In this document: in pieces, positions 60,553 to 64,000 of the stretch | Layout: each line of letters opens with the position of its first letter | Position numbering within the stretch: position 1 is the first letter of the stretch | NCBI RefSeq assembly: GCF_022539665.2 | Contig: NC_081331.1 | Location: forward strand, 8,122,001 to 8,186,000 | Length of the DNA: 64,000 nucleotides | Reading direction: 5' to 3' | From: Daphnia carinata | Taxonomy: Eukaryota | Program-made: the position numbers and the translations under genes | Notes under the pieces: generated by a model | Seen by the model: only the letters and a program-made list of their open reading frames with translations | What the model was told of the DNA's origin: nothing | The model's database searches: none

Positions 60553-61540
60553 CCTTACTCTGTAAGAGCTAAAATAAGTCTGAAGAGAGGGGGCGTATCC
60601 AGGCATTAGGAAAAGAATAGGTGTTCCTTTGTTTTTTTCTTTAAAGAGCTAAATAAATGGGTCTACACCCTTAGGGTCTAACGAAATGGCATTTCGCAGC
60701 ACAATTTATGATAGGTTCAAACAGGGAATAATTTTTCTAAACATTTCGAATATTCGAAAAAGAAATTAATTAAATTGCAAGTACCTGTTCCACTTTGCGT
60801 GACTTATCAACATTTCCTTCATAGCACTTCATGCAGTCCTCCGCAAGATGAAGATGGGTTCCATATGTGGACAACTCTTTCTGGTATTGCGGCATTTTTT
60901 TTAATCATTTGTGATAGATCTTTCATAGAAGACTTGTCGCCTGCTGGCATTCGCTTGGATTCCGTGAACTTTTTCATGTTCTTCGTAACATTTCTATGAA
61001 AAATGTTTTTTTTTAACACTTATTATTGCCGACATAAAAAAAAAATAGAAATGTTTTACGTCAAGACGACCGCTACATGCTGATGACGCAATTCAACCCA
61101 CAAATCGTCATTTTCGTCAAGTAATACTTCCCTCTCCGATCCACCGGCTGTGCTTTCGTATCTGAGTCATAATAGAAATTAAAGTATGTTTTTTTGGTCC
61201 AAAAATTCATCGTGCTACGAACTTATACGTCATTTTCAATTGGAAGTAAATCGTACGCCATAGCTTGCAAAGTCAACTCGTGAAGCAGCGAAGAAACACA
61301 ATCGAATCCTCGATCAAGGATAATAAGCTGGGAACGCGCTTTTTCAGGACCTAAAGAGATTCATACGATTAAAATTGAATATCTCGTTTAAGAACATGGT
61401 GAGACCCACCTTCGCCATGGTTGGTTCGTCAGCTTTATAGGCATCGAGTTTATGTTGAACCAGTTGGGCAAGTTCAGCATTGTGACCATTAAAACTAATT
61501 GCGAAATTTAAACTAAACAAATAAACTAAACTTTATACAG

Positions 61541-62710
61541 CTACAGCAAAGAGAAGAGAAGAAAGCTAGGTTAATGGAAGAAAAGCAAAGGGAGGCTGCA
61601 CAAATGGAACGCTAGGTCCAAGAAGAAAAGAGAAGAGATGAACTTAAACGACAAATGGAATTGGATAAAAAACAGCAATGGAAAAAAGACTTTGATGCTC
61701 AAGTTGAACGATTGAGGTATGTAGAATATTTGTGTACTCCATTATTTTCGTCTTAGGATGTTTCCCTCACAGGGTAATGGACTTTGAGGCAAATGAAAAA
61801 CGACGAGAACAGGAGAGATTGATAGCAGAAGCTGCAGGGTTGGAGGCTATTAAAGAAGAGATAAAAAAGAAAGAAGAAGAAAGAGCAAGAAAAAAACAAA
61901 ACGGGTATAATATATAAATTTTTTTTTCTAAACAATTGTTTTGGATCATATACTGTGTATTTTTAGAGAATTTTTGACCAAACAACATTTGGCAAAACTG
62001 AGACAACGTTCGAAAGAAGTGACCGCTGATCTAGAAAGAGAAATGAATTTTGTGGAAAAGCTAACGAAAGTGATCGTTCCGAAAAAAGGGAAAAAACACT
62101 TCAAGACATAATGCGATTTTTAGAACTCCTTGAAAACCATCGTCAAATTGAGAAAGAACGCTTGCAGCAAAGCGAGTTTTTATTCCAGTAATTTACGCTT
62201 CCTTTTTGTTTAGTTGTTAAGTGAATAAATTTATTTTAACGTATCTCTTTCGATAGGGAAAAGGCAAAAAAACTGTGGGAAAAACGAGAATCAGAGTGGG
62301 GAAGCGGAAAGATTAGCTCGCAAGAAGTTAATGGAAGAAGTGATAACGATCCAGAAAAAACAGGCAAGGCACCTATCTTTGTATGAACAATTTCAACCGC
62401 CCGTTCTACATAGTTCAAATTTCTTTAGATTGACGAAAGACTGCTTGTAGCATGGCAAGAAAGAGAGCGACTTTTACTTGATCGGGAAGAACTTATTCGC
62501 TCGCTCGAGAGCTACCATAATCAAATGAAGATGAGGGAGATGGAAACCAAAAATACACAAATTCAAACGAAAGTGCAGCTGTTGGCCCAAATTGATCAAA
62601 AACAGCGTAGTGAAGAAGAATTATTTAGGCTAGAAGAGCAAAAACGCAAACACCAAGAAACCAATGGAAGTAGCCCACAACCAAAAACATTGGAATATTG
62701 CAATGGATAA
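61541..62710 (+). pseudogene. TCHP: Trichoplein-like coiled-coil protein, 5'-truncated pseudogene
   Basis: E/K/R-rich exons. AKKLWEKRESEW…LARKKLMEEV resembles the trichoplein WEKREAEW block. In-frame TAG at about 61614 and frameshifts. Confidence 0.6.
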
Positions 62711-63410
62711 ACTTGAACTTTAATATTACAAATACTTCATTCTTTTCTAAATTCGAAGCATTTTTCATGTTTTTCTCTTCTATCGATAATACTCTTGGTG
62801 TAGTTTTTAAAATGTACTAGTCCGCAAAAATGGTATCTTAAAAAATTTACTGTATCTCTTATCGGAACTCATCGTGCTCCATGGATAGACAAAGTACCAA
62901 CGGAAGCATTAGGAGTACGCTCCGTTTCTCGATGCTTTTTAAAATGATTTTCCAGTAAGTGCTACATCCTCCAAGGAAGATTTTTTTTTTCAATTAAACG
63001 GCAGGTGATGTTGTTCGGCAGAATTAAATTTTGAATGCCAGACCAAAGTATGATCCGGTAGTTTTCGTATTCTTTTCACAACGCAAGGTCACTAACTTAC
63101 ATTAACTCAAGAATCATTATAACCTGTCTAAACTGATCCGTCGTAATCGGTGTTGTATCCCCGATTACAGGCCCCTATCAAAATCGGGTTTGGGAGGGAA
63201 AATTTGACGCCCCGAATCCCGAAATGCATCCCCTGATGAGTAGAATGGTCCCGACTGGTTCAGGTTTTTAGAAGATAACAACAAGTTCAAAACATAATCA
63301 GTTTAAAAAATTAATAGACAAACCACGGTTAAATGTCGGCTGAAATAGGGCATGCCCGTACTCCTTTTTTGACCGAAGGCCAATCCCAAAGCTGAAGAAA
63401 AAAGTCAGGA

Positions 63411-63440
63411 CATTGCATTCGAACGGATTCGAATGCAATG
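63411..63440. repeat. Perfect 13-bp inverted repeat with a 4-nt loop
   Basis: CATTGCATTCGAA-CGGA-TTCGAATGCAATG. Confidence 0.85.
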
Positions 63441-64000
63441 AGCACTAAGTACGGTCACAATATTGGAGGAATGACCGTGTGCTTGGTTCGTGATTTGGAG
63501 TCACAAGTGTAGGGCGGTGCCTATCACTCGACCCACTGCACCAACCCGACTTTTTTTTTTACTTACATTTACGTACTTACACCTAACTTACATCTAACTT
63601 ACATCTACAAATATAAGTTGTTTCATCCAGTCCCTTATACTGTTCAACCATCGCTGACAAACGGCTGCTGCTCATTATGGCGTCTATTGAGCTTAAATGT
63701 TAAATTTCGCCAACACGGTGAGCTATTTGACGATTATAAAAAATGAATTCTATTCGCGACTTGCTGTGTTATTATTGTACCAAATCTCATTTATGTTAGA
63801 AAAATTTTAGCACGCAAAAAATGCTACAATAGAAATTGAAACGGGTGCAATCACGGAGCGTGAGTGAAACAGGTATACCAATCCCGCCATAAGACCTAGA
63901 AGCTACCCTTCGTCTGCCACTAGGTGGCACTCGAGTAGTATGTTTCTATGAAAATTTTTTTATTGATTGGTTTTTTTTTTAACTTAATGACCTTAAAATT

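Larger units (their letters stand above)
55509..60706 (-). mobile_element. DIRS1-like tyrosine-recombinase retrotransposon, full-length termini, a few frameshifts
   Basis: 107-bp ITRs (55585-55691 / 60572-60678, 1 mismatch) with unique outer extensions. An internal complementary region joins both outer ends through AATT. Gag, RT/RH/MT and YR ORFs present. Confidence 0.95.
54617..61483 (-). pseudogene. Rop: Rop/Munc18-1/UNC-18 (Sec1 family) pseudogene, 5'-truncated, with a DIRS element in an intron
   Basis: Exons [39 protein letters not shown]…[43 protein letters not shown]…[19 protein letters not shown] and [22 protein letters not shown]. Several small indels and one mutated splice acceptor (about 55176). 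Confidence 0.9.

Noticed and set aside
63220..63260. Hammerhead ribozyme core (CGAAA…CTGATGAG)
   Set aside because: Stems I and II cannot be formed, and there is no correctly placed GAAA after CTGATGA.

Overview
Eukaryotic, AT-rich genomic DNA with many short introns. The gene content suggests an arthropod, most likely a Daphnia-like crustacean (inference only). The window is a transposon-dense, rearranged region with one apparently intact host gene, RFC2 (6722-8558, minus strand, 11 exons). An 18.6-kb env-bearing Ty3/Gypsy element (29039-47625) has a truncated 5' LTR, a long gag overprinted by a conserved 366-aa +1-frame ORF, a -1 frameshift signal, an accessory ORF and a class III-like glycoprotein gene. 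A 7-kb CACTA/EnSpm-type DNA transposon (33899-40865) is nested in its RNase H domain and carries an intron-containing claudin (pickel/megatrachea-like) gene. Two related non-autonomous CCC...GGG elements each contain tRNA-like A/B boxes. An intronless, truncated, partly duplicated piwi/aubergine copy lies between LTR-element sequences, near a Tudor+CS (TDRD12-like) fragment. A structurally complete DIRS1-like element (55509-60706) sits inside a Rop/Munc18 pseudogene. The rest includes 5'-truncated host-gene fragments (DNAJC12, porin, trichoplein, Tyr/Thr-rich repeat genes) and one 100-N assembly gap. All family assignments come from motif recognition by eye; no database searches were run.
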